Source: Candidatus Latescibacterota bacterium (GTDB lineage Bacteria > Latescibacterota > UBA2968). Taken from it: a DNA stretch of 64,000 nt. A program made the translations under genes and the position numbers. The notes beneath the pieces were generated by a model, which was not told the origin of the DNA, did no database searches, and worked only from the letters and a program-made list of their open reading frames with translations. This document shows, in pieces, positions 29,192 through 39,385 of this stretch. Within the stretch, counting starts at the first letter, position 1; every line of letters starts with the position of its first letter. The stretch is from contig OZ242311.1 of assembly GCA_965207885.1 (NCBI GenBank), positions 3,296,001 to 3,360,000 of the forward strand, given 5' to 3'.

Positions 29192-30412
29192 ATGGCCTTT
29201 ATTTTCAGCTTAATTGTCGGTTTTGGTGCTTTTTTTCTCGGCCAAAAAATTTTTCGACGGATGCCACCATACCCGCTGATAGACAGTCTGCGAATAGGCA
29301 GAGCACATTATCTGCTCCTCGGTGTTCTCGTAGGGATGTTTTTTTCTGAAGCCGATGAGGTGTTTCACCTGTTTGAAGTGGTGCGGTACAATTGCATCGG
29401 CGCTATTTTGCTGTGGATTGGCCTGCAAACAGGTCTGTCAACAGACCTCCAAAATCTGCGAGACCGCGGCGGGATCTCGGTGATTTACTCACAAACAGCC
29501 GTTGTACTCGCCACAGGCGGGTTCACCGTCCTAGCTGCCTTCGCCAGTGGTTTAATACTTTATCGCTACCTCGGGTTGCTTCAAAATTTACCCCTCGCCA
29601 TAGTCTTGCTCACCTGTTTCGCACTTACTGTGCGCTTTCCCACACCTTTTTTTCAGTGGCCCAACCGCCCTATTCCAACTCCTGTTCCAGGTCAAAACCT
29701 GCCACTTAGCAATATCGCGGCCATGGCCGTGTTGTGCATCGCTTTTCCCCCACTTGCAGAAAATCCCGTTTTTTATTTGGGCAACTTGCCATTTATAGGT
29801 GCAACTGGTATTGCACTGCTCATGCTCGGCGCAGGCGTGGTCGGAGGCATCGCGCTCGATTTTTCATTTCGCAGCCACCGCACGGGTGCTCGCGCACTGG
29901 GCCTTGTCCTGGGCATTGTGATCGCCCTTTCAGGATTGTGCCAGGCTCCGGACTTACCATCTCTTGCTGTGGGCTTTCTATCGGGTATCTGGCTGATTAA
30001 CACAACCGTGGCAAAACGCGAAATCGTCGAATTTACAACACGTGCAAATGACGTGATTGAACCGATCTTTTTCGCACTGACCGGCTCAATAATAGGGGAA
30101 TTTGGCGGCGATATATTTTTTCTTTGGTCACCTCTTTTTCCACTTGCTCTCACAGTGATACTCGTGCGCGGAATGGGCCGCACAATCGGTTTCACGGTAT
30201 CTCAAACCCTCTGGCAAATACCGCAGACCTGGCGCGAATTGCTCACCATGAGCTGGCGCCCTCAGGGCACGCTGAGTATCGCTGTTGGCGTACAGGCCAT
30301 TTATCTCCTCGACTTTCAGCACTACACGCTCATTACGGGACTCGTAATTGCCGTTTTTTTAAGCCAGATGATACTCATTCCACCCGCGAATTCACCACAA
30401 TCTCACACCTGA
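29192..30412 (+). CDS. Multi-pass membrane protein, cation:proton antiporter-like
   Basis: About 12 TM segments; WIGLQTGL, EPIFFALTG, PQGTLSIA resemble CPA-family motifs. Confidence 0.55.
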   Translation: MAFIFSLIVGFGAFFLGQKIFRRMPPYPLIDSLRIGRAHYLLLGVLVGMFFSEADEVFHLFEVVRYNCIGAILLWIGLQTGLSTDLQNLRDRGGISVIYSQTAVVLATGGFTVLAAFASGLILYRYLGLLQNLPLAIVLLTCFALTVRFPTPFFQWPNRPIPTPVPGQNLPLSNIAAMAVLCIAFPPLAENPVFYLGNLPFIGATGIALLMLGAGVVGGIALDFSFRSHRTGARALGLVLGIVIALSGLCQAPDLPSLAVGFLSGIWLINTTVAKREIVEFTTRANDVIEPIFFALTGSIIGEFGGDIFFLWSPLFPLALTVILVRGMGRTIGFTVSQTLWQIPQTWRELLTMSWRPQGTLSIAVGVQAIYLLDFQHYTLITGLVIAVFLSQMILIPPANSPQSHT

Positions 30413-30422
30413 GACGATTTCC

Positions 30423-31604
30423 ATGCGCCTTCTTTGCATTACACTTGGTATCGGTATCCTGATCTGGCTTCTCCAATCCCCTCCCGAAATGGTCTGGGTC
30501 GGCTTTCTGATAACGGCCTCTATCGTGGGTGCGCGACTGGCTCATCGCGCCAAATTGCCCAATGTCCTGGGCATGATAGCCGCGGGGCTCGCCATCGGCT
30601 TTGCACCTATTACAACCGCTGAAAGTCACCAAAGTATAAAACCCTTTGCAGATATCGCAATGGCCTGGGTCGGCCTTTATTTGGGCACATCGCTCTCCCG
30701 TCCTATCTTTGCAAATCAGCGTTTGCTTACGGGTAGCATTTACCTGTATGCAGCACCCGTTCTCACAACCTTTTCAGTGCTCATCTTTTTCGACCTCCAC
30801 CTTGTCACCACCTTGCAACTTGCCATCCTATCGGGCATCTCAGCCCCCATATTTTTAGATCGCACAGAACACAACCTGCGAGACACATGGCCTTTTTCTT
30901 TATGTGTTACGGCAATCGGTCTCTGTTTGCTCTTTTTGACAGGGCTTATTTTTGGCGTCGAATTCATCCTGAACGACGGGTTCTATTCCTTCCTTCATCT
31001 TGCCGCCGATATCGCACTGGCCGTTTTGATCGGTGTTGTTGGCATTGAACTCGTGCATCGCTGGTTGCAACATATCCACACCCCCACAGGCCAGTTTACG
31101 AGTTGGTTTGCCCTGTCATTCCTGATCGCGCTTGCTTCATGGCACGTTTGGATTCAGCCCCTTATTTTGGCCTGGGCAGTGGGCCTTGCATTGTCCTTGC
31201 GCACCAAACGCGGACTGAGACCCAATATGCGTCCACCAAATGCGGAAGCACTGATTGCTTTTGCTCTCGCACACTATGCTACTGGCCTCGTTTTAGACTG
31301 GCAAATGTCCTCCGTACCGCCTCATTTTTATGCACTGATAGCAGCCTTGATTTTGGGCAAAATTGCCGGTGGTCTGCTATGTAGGCGCTTCACCTCGCAA
31401 CCCGTTCAAGCCTGGCTTCCGCTCTTGTCGCAGGGCCTCCTTGCAATCGTCTGCTTTGAATCTATTGCGCCCAAAATAGCTCCCCTGTATTTTATTTGCA
31501 CGGGGATTGGTCTGCCCATTTTGCACCTTTTAGCCGACCAAATTGTTCAAAAAATCAAAAACGGCCGTATCCGAGCGCTCGGGCGCCGAACACAGGCCGT
31601 TTGA
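30423..31604 (+). CDS. Multi-pass membrane protein, cation:proton antiporter-like (divergent)
   Basis: KLPNVLGMIAAGLAIG, LILGKIAG, LLSQGLLAI. Confidence 0.5.
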   Translation: MRLLCITLGIGILIWLLQSPPEMVWVGFLITASIVGARLAHRAKLPNVLGMIAAGLAIGFAPITTAESHQSIKPFADIAMAWVGLYLGTSLSRPIFANQRLLTGSIYLYAAPVLTTFSVLIFFDLHLVTTLQLAILSGISAPIFLDRTEHNLRDTWPFSLCVTAIGLCLLFLTGLIFGVEFILNDGFYSFLHLAADIALAVLIGVVGIELVHRWLQHIHTPTGQFTSWFALSFLIALASWHVWIQPLILAWAVGLALSLRTKRGLRPNMRPPNAEALIAFALAHYATGLVLDWQMSSVPPHFYALIAALILGKIAGGLLCRRFTSQPVQAWLPLLSQGLLAIVCFESIAPKIAPLYFICTGIGLPILHLLADQIVQKIKNGRIRALGRRTQAV

Positions 31605-31624
31605 ACTGTCTGTCCTGCCCCAAA

Positions 31625-32788
31625 CTACCTTACAAAACCGACTACGGAAAAAGAGTGTTGAATAAACCGCTCTGATGCGCCGTGTTTTGAGCGGTCGCCG
31701 CGTCTTCCCACCTCGAGCACATAGCGAAAACGACCGCTATTATTCACAAATGGCACCGCCATGCCGAAGCTGACGCCTAATTCGCCAATCTGGCTATTAG
31801 AACTCGTCGGAAAATAAAGCGACCGATAATGAAAACCTGCGCCAAACTCAAAACGCTGGCTCCGCACCAGCACATCGGGGTCTCCCGTGCGCCACAACAT
31901 CCCTGCACTTACATCCCACGTATCAAATCGTCCATCTCCCGTCGCGCGCCACAGCCCCCGAGAAACATCAACCGATGCCAGCCAGCGATAACCCGCCAGA
32001 TACGTTATCCCCGCTCCAAATTCCCGGGGAAATTCCACATCGCTTTCCGTCTCGACCTCAACGGCTTCACGCTGTCCCACAAAGCGATTTCTTTGAACCT
32101 GACGCTGCTTGATACTGCCTCCGATATCGACATTTGCCCCCAAACTCCACCGCGAAGTGGGCGTATAGATAATCCCGAATGAAGGCAACCATCCGCGGTG
32201 GGTGCGCGTGATCTCATCGTGAGAAAAGAAGACCGTCTCATTGTCGAAATCCTTGATCCAGGACTCGTTAAATGTCCCCATAGCCACCCAATTTATACGC
32301 CCTCCCACAAAAAGCCTGCGCCCAATTCGATGTCCCAACCCCAGGGCAATAGCCTGGATACCCCCGGTCGCTTCCACTTCCAGTTGATACTTCAAATCAC
32401 CCATGCCGCGATCTTCTATCGCCCCGAAATCCATATCTGTAAGCGGTTCAAGTCCGACACCTATAACAGGACCACGTCTCATAGGCAGTGCGATCTGAAA
32501 AGCCCCGACATCCCCGTCATTTACAATGCTTTCGCCATTCAAAAATCGGTGCTGAGCCATAAATTGCATACTCACAGATGCTCTGCGGAAAGCGCCCAAC
32601 AAAGCGGGATTTTGGGATGAAAAATTTAGTCCATCTGCAAGTGACCGCCCAGCACCGCCCATACTTCGAGATCGCGCATCAACGCGCCTGACTGGATCTC
32701 CAACACCATAAAAAGAAAAAATTGTATTGGCACAAGCTGGCAGTACCATCGACAAAATAAAACCCAAAGCGAGAATTATTCGCATCAT
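31625..32788 (-). CDS. Outer-membrane beta-barrel protein (FadL/PorV-like)
   Basis: Signal peptide, FSFYGVGD..ARSRSMGGAG..NPA motif, alternating beta strands. Confidence 0.7.
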   Translation of the reverse strand: MMRIILALGFILSMVLPACANTIFSFYGVGDPVRRVDARSRSMGGAGRSLADGLNFSSQNPALLGAFRRASVSMQFMAQHRFLNGESIVNDGDVGAFQIALPMRRGPVIGVGLEPLTDMDFGAIEDRGMGDLKYQLEVEATGGIQAIALGLGHRIGRRLFVGGRINWVAMGTFNESWIKDFDNETVFFSHDEITRTHRGWLPSFGIIYTPTSRWSLGANVDIGGSIKQRQVQRNRFVGQREAVEVETESDVEFPREFGAGITYLAGYRWLASVDVSRGLWRATGDGRFDTWDVSAGMLWRTGDPDVLVRSQRFEFGAGFHYRSLYFPTSSNSQIGELGVSFGMAVPFVNNSGRFRYVLEVGRRGDRSKHGASERFIQHSFSVVGFVR

Positions 32789-32789
32789 A

Positions 32790-33974
32790 TTACAATTCCG
32801 GAGGAAGAGAGTAAATGAGATTTAAACGCACATCTTTTAACACAAGCCATCGGATGAGAGAGGGCGAATTTAAAGGCACTGGCAACCCCCCTAAAGAAAC
32901 AAAATTGACGGGCGAAAGTGCCAATCCATGATTTTCTCGTACACCAGATATCCATGCTTGAATCAAAGTCTGATTAATCGTGTAAATCGCTGTCGCTGGT
33001 TCAATGAGTAATCTCTCATTAAACCGCGTAAACGCGGTATCGCCTTCTGCAATTTTCAGGCCATATATTTCAATGGGAAAAGATGAAAAATAGGAACGAT
33101 CCAGATCGATATTCAATTGCAATTGGGCCGAATTGATCGTCGCGCCTTGTGGAATATTGGGCAGATCAAAATTCAAAACACTCCCGTAAAAAAAACCCTC
33201 GGCAAGAATCGCCAGATCTTTTGGAGGACCGCCATTGATCCGCGCACTCCAATAAGTATCTGCATCGGTCTGAACAGCCGCACGCTCTGTCACATCTCCC
33301 ACCCGGTACACGGCCTCCAATTCGGGAATCGGCGCATCTGCACGAATATCGGTAGCTTCGCGTGAAAAAATATCCAACAAAAAAGGTGCCTCACCATCGG
33401 GTTGCAACAGGATTTCTACAGACTGATCTCCCGCTTCTACCGCATACTTCAAGAGCGACACGGGCAAATCGATCCGAACGCGATCCACAAACACCTGCGT
33501 CACAGCACCGGGTATTGGCGTTGCAAGCACCTCGGACTCGACCCAGCGAGTCGTATCGACATAGGTCTGAAGTTCTTCCCATGGCGAATCGGGCCGCAAT
33601 GCAATCAGCGATGCATTTTCGACCAATCGTGCCGACCGAATACCCAGATTGACGCGCAGGGAATCAATCGTCAACCCCGATGGTACACCGCCAGACAACT
33701 CATCCGGCACATTAAAACGCAACAGACTCCGCAGCAAAAACCCATTCATCTGCCCGACCAGCAATTCCTCTTGTTCCCCCATCACGGTAGGAATAATCAG
33801 AGATTGAAAGGACCGCGCCGACGTTAGCGGAATCGCGGGCAATGCTACTGTATCACCGGGATCGCGTCCAACAAAGCCCTCGCCCAATGGGTTGCGCTTT
33901 TCGGTATTGCAACCAGTGAGACAGGTCACAAGTAAAAAAATCAGTAAAAATCGTTTTCTCATCATAATCATCAC
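32790..33974 (-). CDS. Lipoprotein, DUF4270/DNRLRE-like
   Basis: Lipobox LTGC; RSLLRF, FDLPNIPQGATINSAQL, ENHGLAL. Confidence 0.55.
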   Translation of the reverse strand: MMIMMRKRFLLIFLLVTCLTGCNTEKRNPLGEGFVGRDPGDTVALPAIPLTSARSFQSLIIPTVMGEQEELLVGQMNGFLLRSLLRFNVPDELSGGVPSGLTIDSLRVNLGIRSARLVENASLIALRPDSPWEELQTYVDTTRWVESEVLATPIPGAVTQVFVDRVRIDLPVSLLKYAVEAGDQSVEILLQPDGEAPFLLDIFSREATDIRADAPIPELEAVYRVGDVTERAAVQTDADTYWSARINGGPPKDLAILAEGFFYGSVLNFDLPNIPQGATINSAQLQLNIDLDRSYFSSFPIEIYGLKIAEGDTAFTRFNERLLIEPATAIYTINQTLIQAWISGVRENHGLALSPVNFVSLGGLPVPLNSPSLIRWLVLKDVRLNLIYSLPPEL

Positions 33975-34025
33975 TCAATGGATAAAAATAGCTGACTACA
34001 ATAGCCCTTTACACGCTTCAAAGCG

Positions 34026-35768
34026 TCAAACGTTTCGTTGTACTCGACCACGGGAAATCGCGCGTTCTATACCCGGCAAAAAAAACGCTTCGCACACGCG
34101 ATCCCAGCTCATTTGTCCAGCTAACCTGTAACCCGAATGCAATCGCGCCTCGCGTTCTCTATCCGATGATGGCAACGCATCTGCGATATCCCACGCAACT
34201 TTTTCTGCCACTTTGCCTTCCTGGATACGACGTTCATACTCACCTATCACACGGGCAGACGCGGCACTCTCCAATGCGACATCTGCCGTATAATCTGCCA
34301 CGATGACGAGAGGATCGGCCTGTTCTTTTGTCACGCGACCCAAAAATCCGCAACACCCGCACACACTACTCGGCACACAAAGCCCACCAAAAGTCAGAGG
34401 TTCGAGCACGGCAATACCAAACAGCTCGTAAATCGATTGTCCAAATTCAACATCCGTACCCCGGCGCAAATCCTCAAATGTCATATCTTGCGGCATGCGC
34501 TGCCCGCAACTCGCCTGGTCCCATCCAAACTGATTGACCAAAATGGCCTGAATGGCAACAGATTCGCGATTAAACCCTACCATATCCCGCCAGATATCCA
34601 CCTCATTTGAAACCAGATCGGGTGGTCCTTTATGGTGTACAACCGGCCATCCATATTCGGACTCCATAATCTCGATATCGCGCGCACTACGCTGTTCCGC
34701 AGCTGTTGTAAGCACAAAAAACACACCCGTTTGTCCTTTGTTCCCCAACAATTTATCGAGATGTGTCAGCACGAGTAAATCACGCCATAGCCCTTTACTA
34801 ATCACCGGGCGCGTAACATGAGTCATCACCACATCTGGCTCATATCCGAGCAAATTTTGCGCATACTCCTGTAAACGCGAGCGAGACTGTAATTTCTCTG
34901 CATAAGAAATCTGCACAGCGGGAATACCATTGTAAACCAGGTCTATCGCTTGCGCTTCAAGCCCCATAAACCGAAGCTCATCGAGCGTTGGGTCTCCCAC
35001 GGCAAAAATACCATCGGAGTGCGACGCCAATTGAACCAGCGCGTGCCGATAATAATCGGACTGATCTCCAAATATATCCTCAACCACTTCGCCCTGTGCA
35101 AGTGCTCGCGCCATCGCGTTGTAAAACATCACATCGTGTCCCGGGTTGCCCTCGGTGATCTCGCGCATCGCGGAAACCTCATGGGCGTAAAAAATCGCTC
35201 GAAAGCGCGGATCATTTTCCATAATAGTTTTGAGCGCAACAGGCCTGCCCATATACTCATGGGCCAGCACAATATGTGGGCCGGGGTCCTTTCCGATAAG
35301 CGCGACAACAGCGCCGTAAATAGCTTCCGCACTATCGATATAAAGCGCGTAATCCTCAACCGTATCATATCGGTCAGACGCAAGGCCAAAATGCCGGTAG
35401 AGATTGTACTTAAAATTGCGGGACCGCCGAGGGTTGATATCTTCGGCATCAACGAGCAACACATCGGCTCCATATCCACCACCGAATCGACGTATCCCAT
35501 AAACAATATTGACATTGTACCGCTCTGCGACGCGATTGAGCGCGTCGGCACAATCCGCATTTTGCACGCCGGAAATAGTCGAAAAAAGCACCTCGCCACT
35601 TTCCGCAAGGAGATCTTCATCCTCTGGGCGCAAAAGCGGGCCGACGAGAAAAGACCGCCTCACGGCTTCCTGGTACACAGAAGAAGTCATCAAGCCCTCG
35701 AGTACAGCTCCAATACCACCGGCCTTGCGCACTGCTTCGTGTGTCGCGTGAATCACCGTATAGCTCAT
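34026..35768 (-). CDS. Glycogen synthase-like glycosyltransferase (GT3-like, GT-B fold)
   Basis: HEAVRKAGGIGAV (KxGG), AHEY, YNGIP, SKG, SIYELFGIAVLE (Ex7E), SWDRV. Confidence 0.75.
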   Translation of the reverse strand: MSYTVIHATHEAVRKAGGIGAVLEGLMTSSVYQEAVRRSFLVGPLLRPEDEDLLAESGEVLFSTISGVQNADCADALNRVAERYNVNIVYGIRRFGGGYGADVLLVDAEDINPRRSRNFKYNLYRHFGLASDRYDTVEDYALYIDSAEAIYGAVVALIGKDPGPHIVLAHEYMGRPVALKTIMENDPRFRAIFYAHEVSAMREITEGNPGHDVMFYNAMARALAQGEVVEDIFGDQSDYYRHALVQLASHSDGIFAVGDPTLDELRFMGLEAQAIDLVYNGIPAVQISYAEKLQSRSRLQEYAQNLLGYEPDVVMTHVTRPVISKGLWRDLLVLTHLDKLLGNKGQTGVFFVLTTAAEQRSARDIEIMESEYGWPVVHHKGPPDLVSNEVDIWRDMVGFNRESVAIQAILVNQFGWDQASCGQRMPQDMTFEDLRRGTDVEFGQSIYELFGIAVLEPLTFGGLCVPSSVCGCCGFLGRVTKEQADPLVIVADYTADVALESAASARVIGEYERRIQEGKVAEKVAWDIADALPSSDREREARLHSGYRLAGQMSWDRVCEAFFLPGIERAISRGRVQRNV

Positions 35769-35771
35769 AAC

Positions 35772-36257
35772 TCAATGTACCGTATCGATCAAAATATCCA
35801 CATCCACGGCTCCCGGCGCAACGGGATTTTGCGGATAAATCCCCTCCATATCCCCTGCTTTTGAACCACCCACACGTCCATCTGCATCAATTTTTGCAGA
35901 GACGTACAACGCATCGATCTCAGACCAGTCAATCTCAATCATCGCATCCCCGCGTGTCAGTGTGTACGAATAGGGAAAATCGGAAATGTCGAGCCGCTTC
36001 ACCGCCAGCGGTGGTCCGCCAACAGGGGCAGGTCGCGCAATAACAAATAGCACGGCATTGCTCCCAATGCGCTCGCCCAGCCCATCGGCCAGTCGAATCG
36101 TCCCTGAAACCACGGCGCCTGATGCCTGTGGTCCTTCTTTATCCGCTGCTGAAGTCTGAACAGGTGGAGGCTTTGGCGGCGGATGCGCCCCTTCCTCATA
36201 GTGCTGGCTACAAGACATCAACCACATAAGAACGCATAGGAGAATAGATTTACGCAT
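35772..36257 (-). CDS. Lipoprotein with CcmI/CycH C-terminal Ig-like domain
   Basis: Lipobox LMSC; VLFVIARP..GGPPLAVKRL..FP..YTL...DAM, SAKIDADG..GDMEG. Confidence 0.75.
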   Translation of the reverse strand: MRKSILLCVLMWLMSCSQHYEEGAHPPPKPPPVQTSAADKEGPQASGAVVSGTIRLADGLGERIGSNAVLFVIARPAPVGGPPLAVKRLDISDFPYSYTLTRGDAMIEIDWSEIDALYVSAKIDADGRVGGSKAGDMEGIYPQNPVAPGAVDVDILIDTVH

Positions 36258-37014
36258 CGATATCTTCCTCGAACATCGTCAAAATCCTGGGTTCTCCACG
36301 TGTAATTGCTACCACATGTTCAAAATGCGCCGAAGGCAACCCATCAGCCGCCGATGCCGTCCACCCGTCATCTGCCACCACAACTTCATGCGTTCCCAAA
36401 TTGACCATCGGCTCAATGGCGAGTACCATCCCCTTTCGCAAACGAGGATTGCGCTCTGGGGGCACATAATTGGGCACGGCGGGTTCTTCGTGCAATCTGC
36501 GCCCAATGCCATGCCCTACAAATTGCCGCACAACAGAAAAACCAAATTGCTCGACCCAGTTTTGTACCGCACCGCAAATATCACTCAGGCGTTTCCCGGC
36601 AACCGCTTGCTCAATCCCCTTAAACAGAGCTTCTCGCGTCACCTCCAGCAATTCTTTTTCCCGCTCTGAAATATTGCCAACAACGCGCGTAATCGCCTGA
36701 TCGCCGTAGTAGCCTCGCAATTTCACTCCAATATCAATGCTAACAATATCGCCATCTATCAACTTCCGCGACCCGGGAATCCCGTGTACGACCTGTTCGT
36801 TAATAGAAATACAACTCGCTGCGGGATACCCCTTATAGCCCTTAAATGCGGGTTCTGCGCCGTGTGACCGAATCACATCTTCGGCCGCGCTATCCAGTTC
36901 TCTGGTCGTCGTTCCCACCTTGACAAGCGGCTTGAGTGTGCGATGCACCAGCCCCACAATGCGGTTTGCCTCAATCATCAAATCCAGCTCTCGATCTGTT
37001 CGCAATACAATCAC
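36250..37014 (-). CDS. map: Type I methionine aminopeptidase
   Basis: CISINEQVVHGIP, DIG..GD, GHGIG..LHEEP, IEPM, SAHFEH. Confidence 0.97.
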   Translation of the reverse strand: MIVLRTDRELDLMIEANRIVGLVHRTLKPLVKVGTTTRELDSAAEDVIRSHGAEPAFKGYKGYPAASCISINEQVVHGIPGSRKLIDGDIVSIDIGVKLRGYYGDQAITRVVGNISEREKELLEVTREALFKGIEQAVAGKRLSDICGAVQNWVEQFGFSVVRQFVGHGIGRRLHEEPAVPNYVPPERNPRLRKGMVLAIEPMVNLGTHEVVVADDGWTASAADGLPSAHFEHVVAITRGEPRILTMFEEDIDA

Positions 37015-37026
37015 AGCGTTACTCCC

Positions 37027-38652
37027 TTAACGCGATTCACCAAAATGGGAAACAAAAATGAGAAAATCGCGAAAATCAACAGGCCCATCCCCGTTGAAAT
37101 CCAATTTTGGATCATACCTATTATCCGTGTGTAAGAGCTTAAAACCATCCGCAAAGCGCAGGAAATCGGAAAATGCAACGCGCCCATCGCCATCGACATC
37201 GCATACGAGATCCGTCGCCATACTTCCGCCAGTTGAAAACGTGTAATTCACGCGCCGCCTTTCACCCGAAAGCGATGTTTCCATCACAATAAATACAACC
37301 TCGTCAAAACGATTAGCTCTTGGAATCACCACCGTTGTCCCACGCGGGCACAGCAATTCGACGCCAGATGGAGAGATCAGCATAACCAGCAACTGCCACT
37401 GCCCCTGGGCGTCCAGCGCAAACGTTCCCCGAAGCCCGCCAGCGATATTTGAAGTTGCCACGCGCAAATACGTCGCTCCCAAATGATCAACCGTCTCAGC
37501 CCCTTCAATAGAGCCACCTGTGCCGAGGAATATATTGGCATGCTTTATCGAGGGCAAATCGCGCGCTTCAACATAATACCCGGGGCGCGTACGCACATCA
37601 GTCAAATAATTCCACGCGGCAAACCGCGGCATCACCTGGGCAAATCCGCCCAATGGCATCCCATCATCAATAAGCGACAAACTATATCTACTCGGATCGC
37701 GTCTTTTGAGCAACTCCCAAACACTCTTGATCGCATCTGCACCGTAAACCTGCTCAATGTGATGGGCAAAAATCGACGCGCCAAAAGGATGGAGACTACC
37801 AGAAAACTTGTCCAATGAGGCTTCGGGATCGTCGTAAAAACACGAAAAGTTGCTCGGGCAACTCATGTACTGATAAAAATCATTCACGTCGGGATAGGCC
37901 ACATCCTCCATCCATACCGCCGTGAGTTCCTGCCACCATGCAGCGGCAAAATCGGCATAATACCCAAATTGAATCGCGTGAAAAAACTCGTGTGCAGCCG
38001 TCACGCGCAACCCGTTGAATCCACGTGAATTCACAGGGTAAATATTATCCGTAAAATTATTGTCAATCTCCATATAACTCGGCGTTGTCAATTCCGTATA
38101 TGCAATCGGATATGTGAAACCATACGCCTGCTGAACGGCGAGATTTTTGATATAAATGTCGTAAACATTATCGCCATCGGACAGTGGTGGATTGTAGCCC
38201 AATTGATTGATCTGCAGATCCCAAACATCCTCAAAAACGCGCGCGGCTTCATCGACATAATCCGGCACACCATTGGCATCTGTATCGGTAGGAGCAACGG
38301 CGTGTGTCCCCACAGTATTGTAGTGAATCTTGAAATGCCCCCCCGAAGACAGAATTGAATGACTCAGAACAGGACGCTGCTGCAGAAACGCAAATGCCTC
38401 CTTTGCAGCGGGAGGCAAACGATCCCAATTCGCGGTCAAACCCCTTATTGCCGATGTCCCACAAATAGCTCTATCCAGTCTAAATTCGCTATCAGCGGGC
38501 AAAACCTCGGGAAAAAAATGGGCACAGGCACGGCAATAAATATCGTGCAATTCAGTCTCGGGCGTAAAAATAGGCGGAACTTGTGCATGCACAGATCCGC
38601 CCGCCAGTAAAAAAAATGCCAACAAAGGGACAACCCTACCCATATCAGCCAT
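37027..38652 (-). CDS. Secreted MXAN_6640-like zinc metalloprotease with C-terminal dockerin/EF-hand-like domain
   Basis: Signal peptide, HFKIHY, NGVPDYV, VTAAHEFFHAIQFGY..WWQELTA.WMED; tail DVDGDGRVAFSDFL / DFNGDGPVDFRDFL; start at 38652 or 38643. Confidence 0.85.
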   Translation of the reverse strand: MADMGRVVPLLAFFLLAGGSVHAQVPPIFTPETELHDIYCRACAHFFPEVLPADSEFRLDRAICGTSAIRGLTANWDRLPPAAKEAFAFLQQRPVLSHSILSSGGHFKIHYNTVGTHAVAPTDTDANGVPDYVDEAARVFEDVWDLQINQLGYNPPLSDGDNVYDIYIKNLAVQQAYGFTYPIAYTELTTPSYMEIDNNFTDNIYPVNSRGFNGLRVTAAHEFFHAIQFGYYADFAAAWWQELTAVWMEDVAYPDVNDFYQYMSCPSNFSCFYDDPEASLDKFSGSLHPFGASIFAHHIEQVYGADAIKSVWELLKRRDPSRYSLSLIDDGMPLGGFAQVMPRFAAWNYLTDVRTRPGYYVEARDLPSIKHANIFLGTGGSIEGAETVDHLGATYLRVATSNIAGGLRGTFALDAQGQWQLLVMLISPSGVELLCPRGTTVVIPRANRFDEVVFIVMETSLSGERRRVNYTFSTGGSMATDLVCDVDGDGRVAFSDFLRFADGFKLLHTDNRYDPKLDFNGDGPVDFRDFLIFVSHFGESR

Positions 38653-39328
38653 CTTCCCCCAATGATGAAACATAAATATGTGCAGCCACTTCAAGCCCGA
38701 GCGAATACGTCGCCTCGCCATTGACCACAATTTCCAGCGGGCCGTTAAAAGGCGCGCGCCCCACCACCTCGATCTCGACATTGGGTTTAATACCCATCGT
38801 CGCCATATAGCGCAACATCTCCGCGCTTTGATCACTCACCTGTCTGACGAGCACGTTTTCTCCTGCGGGAATATCTGCCAAACACAGGTAGTGGTCGTAT
38901 TCTATCGAACCATCTTTGCGCGGAATCGGCGCACCGTGAGGATCGACTGTCGGATACCCCAGCATTCGATCAATTTTATCTTCAAACTCCTCAGAAATCA
39001 CATGCTCCAATCGATCCGCCTCCTCATCGACCTTATCCAGATCAAATCCCAGCACTTCTGACAAATATAGCTCGAGCAAACGGTGGTGGCGAAGGACCTC
39101 AAGGGCAATGCGTTTTCCCGTCGATGTAAGTACAACGCCCTGATAGGGCGTGTGTTCCACCAACTTCATCGCGGCGAGTTTCTTCAGCATATTGGTGACC
39201 GAAGCGGGAGCAACAGCCCTGTGCTCTGCAATCAGCGAAGTTGTCACAGAAGCGACGGGATTCTGGCCGTGTGTCAGCTTGTAGATCGTTTTCAAATAAT
39301 CCTGTGACGATTGACTAATCATATTCAT
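38645..39328 (-). CDS. mntR: DtxR/MntR family metal-dependent repressor with FeoA/SH3 domain
   Basis: QDYLKTIY, ASVTNMLKKL, HHRLLELYL, EADRLEH, DPHGAPIP, C-terminal FeoA. Confidence 0.93.
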   Translation of the reverse strand: MNMISQSSQDYLKTIYKLTHGQNPVASVTTSLIAEHRAVAPASVTNMLKKLAAMKLVEHTPYQGVVLTSTGKRIALEVLRHHRLLELYLSEVLGFDLDKVDEEADRLEHVISEEFEDKIDRMLGYPTVDPHGAPIPRKDGSIEYDHYLCLADIPAGENVLVRQVSDQSAEMLRYMATMGIKPNVEIEVVGRAPFNGPLEIVVNGEATYSLGLEVAAHIYVSSLGEDG

Positions 39329-39385
39329 CTCTCCAAATAACCATCACAAAAAGTAAGATAAACCTCACGTACAGGCAAGCACATC

